NCBI GenBank assembly: GCA_963676045.1
Contig: OY780938.1
Span: forward strand, 200,915-264,914
Length of the DNA: 64,000 nucleotides
Direction: 5' to 3'
Origin: an uncultured Candidatus Methanogranum sp.
GTDB taxonomy: Archaea; Thermoplasmatota; Thermoplasmata; Methanomassiliicoccales; Methanomethylophilaceae
Shown: in pieces, positions 37,916-47,044 of the stretch
Layout of the letters: the number at the start of each line of letters is the position of its first letter
Position numbering within the stretch: the first letter of the stretch is position 1
The notes under the pieces: model-generated
The model's input: the letters and a program-made list of their open reading frames with translations, nothing else
What the model was told of the DNA's origin: nothing
The model's database searches: none
Translations under genes and position numbers: made by a program

Positions 37916-38531
37916 TTGGATCCCCCCAGGCAAGAACTGCGGAGCATGCGGTCTCAATTCATGCGATGATTTTTCAAAGGCATTGAAGGAGGGTAAAGCG
38001 AACCAATACCTTTGCCCGTTCTTCACGACAACTAAGAAAATCTCCGATATAAACATAATACCCAGATACACGGGTCGCGATGTAGTGGGACAGAGCTATT
38101 CCTTTGTTCTGCGCCCTATGCCCGGAGAGATCTCTGCAAGGAAGATCGTTCTTCCGTTCAGGTCGGATCTGGTAGAGAAATGGGACATCAAAGAGGGCGA
38201 TATAGTCGTGGGACGTCCGGCGGGAGCAGGATGTCCAGTACAGCATGTTCTCCGGGTCATCGAGGCCGATCAGGTCACCGGAGTGATAACAGGCCATGTG
38301 GTGGGGCCTTCCTTCTCACGTGGAAAGGATGTAAAAGATGTGAAGTGCTATCATATGCTGGGATTCGAAGGGGGAGTGCTGCCGATCACTGAAGAACCGC
38401 AATTCGGCATGAGGTATCATTTCCTTCCTGGATTCTGTATGCTTGACAGAGCGCATACAGGTTTGGTAAACACTGTGATAAAGAAACCTTGGGGATTGCA
38501 AATACGCATAGAGAACATACTAATCTTGTGA
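37887..38531 (+). CDS. protein with N-terminal RnfB/CdhD-type 4Fe-4S domain, C-terminal domain unknown
   Basis: GKNCGACGLNSCDDFSKAL...YLCPF cysteine pattern. The remaining ~150 aa are unassigned. Confidence 0.55.
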   Translation: MQTTSIAENDWIPPGKNCGACGLNSCDDFSKALKEGKANQYLCPFFTTTKKISDINIIPRYTGRDVVGQSYSFVLRPMPGEISARKIVLPFRSDLVEKWDIKEGDIVVGRPAGAGCPVQHVLRVIEADQVTGVITGHVVGPSFSRGKDVKDVKCYHMLGFEGGVLPITEEPQFGMRYHFLPGFCMLDRAHTGLVNTVIKKPWGLQIRIENILIL

Positions 38532-38535
38532 TAAT

Positions 38536-39771
38536 ATGAGAGACATAGACAGCATTCAAAGTAAGATATCAGAGAGAAAGGCCAAAGTGTACACTGCGAA
38601 GGAGTTCAAGGAAAAGATACGAAATGGCGAGAAGATCGAACTCAAGGATGTGGATGCGATAACATGCGGTACGTTCGGAATAATGTCCGGTACCATGATG
38701 ATACTCACAGTGCCTGTGGCGGGAACAGCAGAATTCAAAAAGGCCGACCGCATCGAATTGAATGGAGTCCCAGGTACTGTGGGGCCATGTCCGAACGAAT
38801 CCCTAGGTGTCGTCGACTGCATTGTGTATGGCACGTCCCATAGGGATGAGGATTACGGGGGAGGGCATCTTTTCAGGGACATCGTCGAAGGAAACGAGAT
38901 CGAAGTGAAGGTCTGGTCAGGAGACCGGCTCTTCATGAGGAACATAACGAAGAAGGACCTGGTATTCTCCAGGATGATCCTCACTCGCGGCGCATTCAAG
39001 AACTACACATGTTTCTTCAATGATACCCAGGAGACATACGACACCATATTCTCCGGAAAGGGAGGCATAAAAGGCAACATGTCCGAGGCCACAGTGAGCG
39101 GATGCGGCGAGATAAATCCACTTCAGAACGACCCAGAGATGAGATACATACGTCCCGGTGCATCCGTCCTGTTGAACGGTTCACCAGGAATGGTGATCGG
39201 TACAGGTTCCAGGAGCAGCGAGCATAAGCCCAATCTGTCCATAGCTGCAGATGTCAAGGACATGATCCCTGAGTACATGGGAGGATTCAGGACATCAGAA
39301 GGTCCAGAATGTCTGACCTCTGTCGGATTTGTAATACCCATCACAGATGAGAAGGCCTTGACCGATGCATCCATACTGGATGAATATTCGGCATTACCTC
39401 TGGCGGACATACACGACAGGATACCCAGATCAAAGGACCTATACTCTTCCGTCTGGAGAGGAACCGATCACGACATATGTGCAGACGGGTCGAAATGCAT
39501 ACATTGCGATTTTTGCGAGGCAGAGGAGATGTGCCCCCTCGATGCATTGAGTCCAGGAGGAGAGATCGACAGGACCCTTTGCATGTCCTGTGGGTATTGC
39601 ACATCCACATGCGTGGGCAATGTCTTCAGTGCGGAACTCGGGAGCATAAGATACGAGGGAAAGGAGATCCCGATAACACTCAGACAGTCATCCCGTACCA
39701 AGGGTGAAGAGCTTTGCGAGGTCCTGAAGAAGAGGACGGCAGAGGGTAAATGGGACCTCAGGGTGTTCTGA
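38536..39771 (+). CDS. COG1900/DUF39 domain protein fused to 2x[4Fe-4S] ferredoxin domain
   Basis: KVYTAKEF...VDAITCGTFGIMSGT is the N-terminal DUF39 pattern. The C-terminus has CIHCDFCEAEEMCP and CMSCGYCTSTC. Confidence 0.75.
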   Translation: MRDIDSIQSKISERKAKVYTAKEFKEKIRNGEKIELKDVDAITCGTFGIMSGTMMILTVPVAGTAEFKKADRIELNGVPGTVGPCPNESLGVVDCIVYGTSHRDEDYGGGHLFRDIVEGNEIEVKVWSGDRLFMRNITKKDLVFSRMILTRGAFKNYTCFFNDTQETYDTIFSGKGGIKGNMSEATVSGCGEINPLQNDPEMRYIRPGASVLLNGSPGMVIGTGSRSSEHKPNLSIAADVKDMIPEYMGGFRTSEGPECLTSVGFVIPITDEKALTDASILDEYSALPLADIHDRIPRSKDLYSSVWRGTDHDICADGSKCIHCDFCEAEEMCPLDALSPGGEIDRTLCMSCGYCTSTCVGNVFSAELGSIRYEGKEIPITLRQSSRTKGEELCEVLKKRTAEGKWDLRVF

Positions 39772-41018
39772 TGGGGGAATACAGGCTCAAATGTCTCGAT
39801 GGAGGAGAATCCATAGAGGATGATTATTCGCTCATCTGCCCTAACGGTCACATCGGATTGCTAAGGACGGAATATGCGAATAAACGTCTGGAATTGACAG
39901 ACGCGAGCGGGATCTTCAAGTTCTATGAATGGCTCCCTGTTCATTCGATCATAAGGACATCCTCTGCCCCCGTGGTATTCAGGAACGATGAGCTTTCCAG
40001 AGAGCTTGGTCTGAAGGACCTATGGATAGGGTTCACAGGTTACTATCCGGAGAGAGGTGCATATGTGACATCTGGGTCCTTCAAGGAGATGGAGGCATTC
40101 CCGACCTATGCCCGCCTAAATGACCACGGCGGCGGTACGATACTCTTGGCATCTGCTGGCAATACTGCGAGGGCATTCGCACAGGTGGCAGAGGAGACCG
40201 GTCATAGGTGCGCGATCGTCGTACCTAGAAGGTCCAAGGATAGATTGAAGGTCACCAAGGATACAGGAAAGGTCAGCCTATTCACAGTGGATGGGGATTA
40301 TACCGATGCCATACAGATGTCGGACCGGATATCCTCCTTAGGTGGTTTCGTGTCCGAAGGAGGTGCCAAGAACGTGGCAAGGAGGGATGGCATGGGAACC
40401 GTGATGTTGGAGGCCGCGCTGTCCATGAAGAGTCTGCCTGACCATTATTTTCAGGCTGTAGGCAGTGGCACAGGGGGCATAGCGGCTTGGGAAGCATCCA
40501 TGCGCCTCTTGGCGGACGGACGTTTCGGTGACAGGTTACCAGTATTGGACCTCGCACAGAACATGCCATTCGCACCAATGGCGAAGGCATGGAATGCGGG
40601 ACGCAGGGAGATATCTTCAGAGGACCTAGGGGATGCGACAGCGGATGAGAAGGCCGTATATGCGGATGTACTGACCAATCGCAAACCCCCCTACGGGATC
40701 AAGGGCGGCGTGTTCGATGCCATGACCGATTGCAGAGGAAGGTTCTTCGGAATATCTAACGATGAGGCATTATACGCAGAAAAGCTATGGTCCTCCATGG
40801 AATCCGTACATCTAGATCCTGCCGCAGCAGTGGCATTGGCAGCATTGATAAAGGCTGTAGATGAAGGCAAGGTCTCGAAGTATGACAAGATCCTCCTCAA
40901 TATGACCGGCGGAGGCATAGACCGTGCAGAGAAGGACCTTGGGATGAGGACCATAAGGCCCAAGGCCGATCTAGACAAGGACATATCCAAAGAAGAGCTG
41001 GAGGAGATCGTCAGATGA
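39771..41018 (+). CDS. cysteate synthase (threonine synthase-like PLP enzyme)
   Basis: ThrC-fold with GSFKEMEA (PLP lysine region) and GNTARAF. It sits immediately upstream of fused comDE, as in the Methanosarcinales CoM cluster. TGATG start/stop overlap. Confidence 0.7.
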   Translation: MGEYRLKCLDGGESIEDDYSLICPNGHIGLLRTEYANKRLELTDASGIFKFYEWLPVHSIIRTSSAPVVFRNDELSRELGLKDLWIGFTGYYPERGAYVTSGSFKEMEAFPTYARLNDHGGGTILLASAGNTARAFAQVAEETGHRCAIVVPRRSKDRLKVTKDTGKVSLFTVDGDYTDAIQMSDRISSLGGFVSEGGAKNVARRDGMGTVMLEAALSMKSLPDHYFQAVGSGTGGIAAWEASMRLLADGRFGDRLPVLDLAQNMPFAPMAKAWNAGRREISSEDLGDATADEKAVYADVLTNRKPPYGIKGGVFDAMTDCRGRFFGISNDEALYAEKLWSSMESVHLDPAAAVALAALIKAVDEGKVSKYDKILLNMTGGGIDRAEKDLGMRTIRPKADLDKDISKEELEEIVR

Positions 41019-42121
41019 ACGAGCAAAAGGTAATTGACATGATAAGGTCCGAAGGCGTCGATCTCATAGCGAGCCTGCCTTGTGACCGCAACAGGTCATT
41101 CACATCCATGATACATGAGCAATTCGATGTCGTGGACCTCACTCGTGAAGAGGACGGAGTGGGTGTTTGCGCAGGTGCATTCATGGGCGGACGCAAGCCC
41201 ATGATATCGATACAGAGCTCCGGTCTAGGGAACATGATGAATGCGCTCATGTCGTTGACAGCATTCTACGGCCTTCCACTTCCAATAATGGCAAGTTGGA
41301 GAGGTGTCGACAACGAGACAATAGAGGCGCAGAAGATGTTCAACACCAAGATTCCAGACATGTTGGACGTTTTCAGGATCGAGCACGTAGTGATCAGATC
41401 CGAAGACGATTCAGATTCGATAAGGGGCGCCATCAGGAGAGCCTTCGATGAGAACAGGATAGTCGTCATGCTGGTCTATCCAAGTTTTTGGGAACCACAA
41501 TCAGAGGTCGGATCCGCATATCCGTCCAGGGCGCGCGAGATACATGCATCTCTGAGTAAGCGGACAAAGGAGCCGAAGATGACGAGGTTGGAAGCGATAG
41601 GGAAGATAATGTCATCGATATCCGACGAGGATATCGTGGTTTCCAATATCGGCATCCCTTCCAAGGAGGTATTCGCTTCAAAGGACCGGTGTCTGAACTT
41701 CTACATGCTTGGGAGTTACACTCAGGCGACGCCAGTGGGCCTCGGATTGGCCATTTCTACCGATAGGCACGTCTACGTCATCGATGGTGATGGGAGTTTG
41801 TTGGGCTCTTCCATATTGTCGGTTGTGGCCGATATCTCGCCAGACAATATGACCATAATATGCCTTGACAATGGAACATACGGCTCCACAGGCAATCAGA
41901 TCACGCAGGCGTATTCCATATTGGATATGGAGCTGTTAGCAATCGCATATGGTATAGAGAACACAACATCGATAAATGACATCGAAGAGATAGGGCCCAG
42001 GGTCCTGACCAGAGGCGGCCCGGCATTCATACAGGTCCTGATAGTGCCTTTCAATTCGAAATCACCGAACATCGGATATTCTGCTCAAGAGATAAGGGAC
42101 AGGTTCATGGGAAATCTATGA
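41015..42121 (+). CDS. comDE: sulfopyruvate decarboxylase, fused alpha-beta
   Basis: 368 aa, with a ThDP-enzyme N-terminal half (GVDLIASLPCD...EEDGVGVCAG) and C-terminal half (GDGSLLG...DNGTYGSTGNQ). ATGA overlaps on both sides. Confidence 0.85.
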   Translation: MNEQKVIDMIRSEGVDLIASLPCDRNRSFTSMIHEQFDVVDLTREEDGVGVCAGAFMGGRKPMISIQSSGLGNMMNALMSLTAFYGLPLPIMASWRGVDNETIEAQKMFNTKIPDMLDVFRIEHVVIRSEDDSDSIRGAIRRAFDENRIVVMLVYPSFWEPQSEVGSAYPSRAREIHASLSKRTKEPKMTRLEAIGKIMSSISDEDIVVSNIGIPSKEVFASKDRCLNFYMLGSYTQATPVGLGLAISTDRHVYVIDGDGSLLGSSILSVVADISPDNMTIICLDNGTYGSTGNQITQAYSILDMELLAIAYGIENTTSINDIEEIGPRVLTRGGPAFIQVLIVPFNSKSPNIGYSAQEIRDRFMGNL

Positions 42122-42810
42122 AGAAACGCATGCATCTGCATATCGAGGAGTCTGAGATCAGCGTATCTGCGGACGAGCTCTTCTTCGAAAAGATAAACGA
42201 TTCGGTAAGGGAGGCACGTGGGATCATAAAAAGGAAGATCCGCGAAGACCCCTTTTTCGGCATAACCTACGACCCATATCCGCCGACCCCATCGGACGAC
42301 CTCCTGATAAGGAGGATGTGCCTGGCGTCGGTATCCGCTGGAGTAGGGCCGATGGCGGCTGTTGCCGGCGCTGTCGCAACATACGTGATAGAAGCATTGA
42401 TCGAATCAGGTTGCAAAGATGCGGTGATAGACAATGGCGGGGACATTGCATTGATATCAGAGAACGGAACGGTAATAAAGATATACTCCGGTAATGACGA
42501 TACGGAAGGTATCGGCCTTAGGATACCGAATACCGAACATATATTGGGCATATGCACCTCTTCCGGAAGGATAGGACATTCCATATCGTTCGGGAATGCG
42601 GATGTCGCGACTGTGATATCTGAAGATCCGATACTCGCAGATGCTTGCGCCACGGCTCTCGGGAATATGATATCCGATGAATCGAACCTTTCATCTGCCG
42701 TCGAGAGAATATGCAGGATCGAGGGCGTCAAGGGTTGTTTCGCATTCATGGATGGTTCTGTGGCATCCTGCGGCGATGTACCTGAGTTCATAAGTTTGGA
42801 AAGGGAATGA
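42118..42810 (+). CDS. UPF0280/COG2122 ApbE-like protein
   Basis: GPMAAVAGAVATYV...VIDNGGDIAL pattern of the ApbE-like superfamily; ~230 aa, as in the UPF0280 family. Confidence 0.6.
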   Translation: MKKRMHLHIEESEISVSADELFFEKINDSVREARGIIKRKIREDPFFGITYDPYPPTPSDDLLIRRMCLASVSAGVGPMAAVAGAVATYVIEALIESGCKDAVIDNGGDIALISENGTVIKIYSGNDDTEGIGLRIPNTEHILGICTSSGRIGHSISFGNADVATVISEDPILADACATALGNMISDESNLSSAVERICRIEGVKGCFAFMDGSVASCGDVPEFISLERE

Positions 42811-43478
42811 TGTCAATGAAGTATGGTGGATTGGATCCGAAGGAATTCGATAAGAGGGCGGTTGTTACCATACCGTTCTACAACGAGTTGCATGAGAATG
42901 TAATAGAGGTTATAAGCCATTCAGGAGTCACTCCCAATGTCTGGTTGGACACCGGATGCGGCACAGGGAAGCTTTTATCTCTTTCAATGGGGAGATTCAA
43001 GGATACGGAGTTCATAATGGCGGATCCGATGGAAGGGATGCTTGATATCGCCAAGGAGAGATCAGGCGAACGTCCAAAATACATCTGTTCTCCGACAGAC
43101 GCATTGAAGATCCCCGATTCCAGCGTCGACGTCATAACGGCCGTGCTCTCCCACCATTATTATTCTCCCGAGGACAGGATGAAGGCTGAAAGTAATTGTT
43201 TCAGGATGCTCCGTCCAGGAGGAATCTTCGTCACTGTCGAGAATACGGCCCCATTGACGGATGTCGGATTGAATATGGGACTGGAAACATGGAAGGATAA
43301 GCAGATGTCGGCAGGAAGACCGGAATGCGAGGCCGACGAGCATATGAGGAGATACGGCACCGAATTCTTCCCGATAACCGCCCCTCAGCACATAGAGCAA
43401 TTGAAAAAGATAGGATTCAGTGTAGTCGAGTTGTTCAGGTACACGTACATGCAGGCAGGGTTCTACGCAATAAAGTGA
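42807..43478 (+). CDS. class I SAM-dependent methyltransferase
   Basis: Motif I WLDTGCGTGKL and post-I/II motifs (ADPMEGML, DVITAVLSHHY). ATGA overlap with the upstream gene. Confidence 0.75.
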   Translation: MMSMKYGGLDPKEFDKRAVVTIPFYNELHENVIEVISHSGVTPNVWLDTGCGTGKLLSLSMGRFKDTEFIMADPMEGMLDIAKERSGERPKYICSPTDALKIPDSSVDVITAVLSHHYYSPEDRMKAESNCFRMLRPGGIFVTVENTAPLTDVGLNMGLETWKDKQMSAGRPECEADEHMRRYGTEFFPITAPQHIEQLKKIGFSVVELFRYTYMQAGFYAIK

Positions 43479-43524
43479 ATCCTCTTATGCGATGTTTTTT
43501 CTCGTCGTACGTCGATATGGACTC

Positions 43525-43842
43525 ATGGCAGTGAAACAGGTCAACAAGCTCGTGCGTGACAAGATACCCGCTATAATAATGGAGTCGGGGGCTTTCCCGG
43601 ATTTCAGGATATTGAATGAGGAAGAGTTCTTCAAGGCATTGGAGGACAAGCTCTTCGAAGAGGTGGAGGAGTACAGGAAAGACAGAACTCTGGAAGAATT
43701 GGCGGACATATATCAGATGGTCGTCTGTTTGGCAGAGGTCCTGGGCGGAGGACGGAGGGAATTGGAATACATCGCAGACGAGAAAAGGATACAGCGTGGA
43801 AAATTCGATGCACGCATATTCTTGGAATCCGTTTCTGATTGA
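43525..43842 (+). CDS. MazG-like all-alpha NTP pyrophosphohydrolase
   Basis: KLVRDKIPAII...EEVEEY...ELADIYQMV pattern. ATG 43525 chosen over the listed 43492. Confidence 0.65.
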   Translation: MAVKQVNKLVRDKIPAIIMESGAFPDFRILNEEEFFKALEDKLFEEVEEYRKDRTLEELADIYQMVVCLAEVLGGGRRELEYIADEKRIQRGKFDARIFLESVSD

Positions 43843-43843
43843 T

Positions 43844-44290
43844 TCATGAATTCTGATGCGGGGAGGCCATCATCCTGAAGGCGTTACCATGGTCGGTGTA
43901 GAAATCCTCCAGGAACTCCGTCTCGATGAATCCTCTCCTCTTGTAGAACATTATGGTCTCTGGATCTGTATCCCTGACCTCCAGTTGGATCATGGAGCAT
44001 CCTCTCACCACGGATGCTATCTTGAATTCCTTCAGCAATTCGTTGCCCACTCCCATGCCCCTGTGCTGCTCATCTACGGCGAAAAGGGAGATAGTGGCCC
44101 GGTTGTTCTCCAACAATGCACCGCATATGTATCCGATGACCCTGCCGGTCAGATCGCATGAGACCAATTGTCCGTTCGGCCATTGGGCTATGAAGAAACT
44201 GAATACCTCAGGGACATAATACTGGTCTAGACTGGCGCATGTTATCCTATATACGGCGCCCGCATCCTCGTTCCTCATCCTTCTGATCAT
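43844..44290 (-). CDS. GNAT N-acetyltransferase (RimI-like)
   Basis: Acetyl-CoA site HRGMGVGNELL. ATG 44290 avoids overlap with the upstream gene, which ends at 44298. Confidence 0.8.
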   Translation of the reverse strand: MIRRMRNEDAGAVYRITCASLDQYYVPEVFSFFIAQWPNGQLVSCDLTGRVIGYICGALLENNRATISLFAVDEQHRGMGVGNELLKEFKIASVVRGCSMIQLEVRDTDPETIMFYKRRGFIETEFLEDFYTDHGNAFRMMASPHQNS

Positions 44291-44297
44291 ATGGAAA

Positions 44298-46340
44298 TCA
44301 ACCGTTCCTTCTCTTGATCGCAACCAATGTGCCGACGATGGCGATGGCCACAGCGGAGATGCCTGCCAAGAGACCTTTGCCATCCGACAGAAGATCGCCA
44401 TCAGATCCGTTCTGTGCATCGCTGACGGTGAATGAGCAATAGGTCGTATTTATGGTATCCTGTATGCTGACCTTCATCTTATGCTCACCCGGGGGCAATC
44501 CATTCAGTGCAAGTCTCGGTATATCGGTCGTGATAGATTCTCCGTCATCAAGTGACCAGATATATGTAAGCGATCCTGGGGCATTCACGGCGAATATATA
44601 GAAACCTTCGAAATCCGATGTACCTTTTTCGACAGTTATCTCGATATCATCCAGTTCTGCGGTGTTATTGTCCTTCCAATCCTTCATGAAATATCCTGTG
44701 AAGAATCCATTCACCTCCGTTGAGTAGATCACGACTGCCGTCTCACGATTGTCAAGGAATGAAGTCTCAGTCCAATTGACGGAGCCGACCCATGTGATGT
44801 CACCATCGATGAGCACACCTTTGTTATGCGTGGTCTGGAATCCATCTCCGCCGTCTATCGAACAGGCCTTCACATCTGTAGTTGTGTTGATCAGATTTAT
44901 CATCGGGGAGACATCATCAATGGAGCCGTCGAGTATGAATCTGCATTGAACTCCTCTGTTGGCAGCGTCATTCATCCATGAGATCGGAGAATCATCATCT
45001 ATCTTCGAGTATGAATTTCCAAGGTCCAGTTGTTCTGAGGATATGCTATGGTCGGCTCCCTCCATCAGTTCCTTCAATGCATCGTAGGAGTTATCAGGCG
45101 ATAATATAGGCACTACTTCGGATTGATAATGGCCCATTTCGTATTCTTTTGCCGGCGAGGTGTAGGAAAGGTCTCCACGGTAAGGTTTCAAGTCAGGGAA
45201 TCTTTCCATGAGCGGGACCGCATCTCCATACGAGGCATCATGGTCATTCTCCCATATATCCATCATATATTGGGCATATTCATCGCTTTCGATCATCACG
45301 CCCCATCCACGATTTGCATATCTGGATCCGCTCATGTTGTCTGTGGTCCAATTCTCTGAAGTGATTATGACTTTATCTCCATCAATGATCGCGTATTTGT
45401 TGTGGAAAAAGGAGAATCTCTCATAGTTCCCTGATTCAGGCGTATTTATGGTCCAAACTTCTCCGCCTGACATGACTATGGATCCCATCAACGATAGTTC
45501 GGTGCTCATATCATAGTTCAGAGGATCCCCTTCGATGATGATTTTAACATCCACATGTTCATCCCCCGTTCTTTCTTCCAGGTCTATCAAAAGCCCTACA
45601 AGATTCTTGCTGGTCAGTTGATATATGGAGATCAATACCTCATCATCGGCCTGTTCTATCGCCCTGTATATCGGTATGCCCTCTGATTCGGGGAATGTGA
45701 ATGGTGACACAATGCAGTCCATGGGCTCATCAGGGTCAAATTCACGGTTGGTCAGTCCGGGTTTCGTCTTTATCCAGTCAGCTGAGGTGTCAGTATCCAA
45801 CACGCCTGTTCTTAATATGTAGGAATTCGATGAGATAGGCACAGGGGATCCTGACCAGCCAATGGAGGCGGTCTTGTTTCCATAGCATACGGAATCCATC
45901 AACATCGAATCTGATGACAATGTGACATCATCGCCAGAGTTGTTCAATATGAAACTACCTGTTTTGGTTACACCGTTGGTGTTCACATGGATAACTGGAT
46001 CCCTCGATGAGAACCAATCATCATCGGCGTCCCCTATCACGACCGTAAGACGTGAACGAGAGGCTATCGTCAACGACTTCGTGAACGAGATCGTCCCTTC
46101 ACCGTCCGTGACCTTCATTCCAAGCAGATCCACGTCGGTGGAACCATAATTGTAAAGTGAGAATCCTTCGTTACCATATGGGTCCACCTCATAGATCCTC
46201 ACGAGACAGGTAGAATCGCCATCAGAATAATCGATGAATAAAGGTATGGAAAAGATGCATGATGCGATTATGATGAGGATGGATGCCTTTCGGACGATGT
46301 TCGATCCGATCATCGAGCGTAAGGCCATCCGATCACTCAA
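44298..46340 (-). CDS. membrane-anchored extracellular protein: lamin-tail domain + two PLD HKD motifs (Nuc-like) + Ig-like domain
   Basis: N-terminal TM/signal and an LTD-like VRIYEVDPYGNEGFSLYNYGSTDVDLLGMKVTDGEG. HKD motifs are HNKYAIIDGDKVIITSENWT and HNKGVLIDGDITWVGSVNWT. C-terminal TM is LLAGISAVAIAIVGTLVAIKRR. Confidence 0.75.
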   Translation of the reverse strand: MSDRMALRSMIGSNIVRKASILIIIASCIFSIPLFIDYSDGDSTCLVRIYEVDPYGNEGFSLYNYGSTDVDLLGMKVTDGEGTISFTKSLTIASRSRLTVVIGDADDDWFSSRDPVIHVNTNGVTKTGSFILNNSGDDVTLSSDSMLMDSVCYGNKTASIGWSGSPVPISSNSYILRTGVLDTDTSADWIKTKPGLTNREFDPDEPMDCIVSPFTFPESEGIPIYRAIEQADDEVLISIYQLTSKNLVGLLIDLEERTGDEHVDVKIIIEGDPLNYDMSTELSLMGSIVMSGGEVWTINTPESGNYERFSFFHNKYAIIDGDKVIITSENWTTDNMSGSRYANRGWGVMIESDEYAQYMMDIWENDHDASYGDAVPLMERFPDLKPYRGDLSYTSPAKEYEMGHYQSEVVPILSPDNSYDALKELMEGADHSISSEQLDLGNSYSKIDDDSPISWMNDAANRGVQCRFILDGSIDDVSPMINLINTTTDVKACSIDGGDGFQTTHNKGVLIDGDITWVGSVNWTETSFLDNRETAVVIYSTEVNGFFTGYFMKDWKDNNTAELDDIEITVEKGTSDFEGFYIFAVNAPGSLTYIWSLDDGESITTDIPRLALNGLPPGEHKMKVSIQDTINTTYCSFTVSDAQNGSDGDLLSDGKGLLAGISAVAIAIVGTLVAIKRRNG

Positions 46341-47044
46341 ATGTATTTCACAAGGTCAAGTATGGTTGCGCGTGGGTCTTTCGATTTAATAACGCCGGAT
46401 GCCAAAAGCACTCCGTCCACACCAAGCTCCAATGCAACCTTTACATCTTGTCCTGTTTTGATGCCGGCACCGCATAGGACCGATATCTTACCATTTACTG
46501 ATTTCACCGACTCGACGGTATTCTCTACAATTTGAGGGTTTGCAGAGGTCACCGAGATGTCACCGCCAATAAGTTCCGGCGGTTCTACGGCGATGAAATC
46601 AGGATGATGGTGTGCGATCTGTGTCGCTGCCAGTACAGTATTTGCACATACAACTGTCACAAGTTCGCATCCTTTGGCAAGTTCCAGGCATTCTTCGATG
46701 GCACTTATGGATATCTGATGCTCAGAATGGTTTATCAACGTACCCACTGCACCAGTGGCCTTTACCATCGATGGGGTTACCCATCCTGTGGAAGAACCAG
46801 GTGCGCGGGGGTCTATGTTCTGTGAAAGGACAGGGATGTTAACTTCCCTGGCTATCATTCCGAGCTCTACCATCGGAGGGCATACGGAGATCCTTATCCC
46901 CGATTCTTCTGAGACGGATTCGCAGATCTTCGCTATCTCTAGCGATCTCTGGCCATCGACCTCATGATAGGCCTTGAAATTCACTATTATGGCCGGCTTG
47001 GATATCGGTCTGTTGTTCAAGGTTTCGCCCCGATCACTCAACAT
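46337..47044 (-). CDS. tpiA: triosephosphate isomerase (archaeal type)
   Basis: PAIIVNFKAY, LINHSEH and a GAGIKTGQD phosphate loop. ATG 47044 avoids overlap with fbp. Confidence 0.85.
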   Translation of the reverse strand: MLSDRGETLNNRPISKPAIIVNFKAYHEVDGQRSLEIAKICESVSEESGIRISVCPPMVELGMIAREVNIPVLSQNIDPRAPGSSTGWVTPSMVKATGAVGTLINHSEHQISISAIEECLELAKGCELVTVVCANTVLAATQIAHHHPDFIAVEPPELIGGDISVTSANPQIVENTVESVKSVNGKISVLCGAGIKTGQDVKVALELGVDGVLLASGVIKSKDPRATILDLVKYI

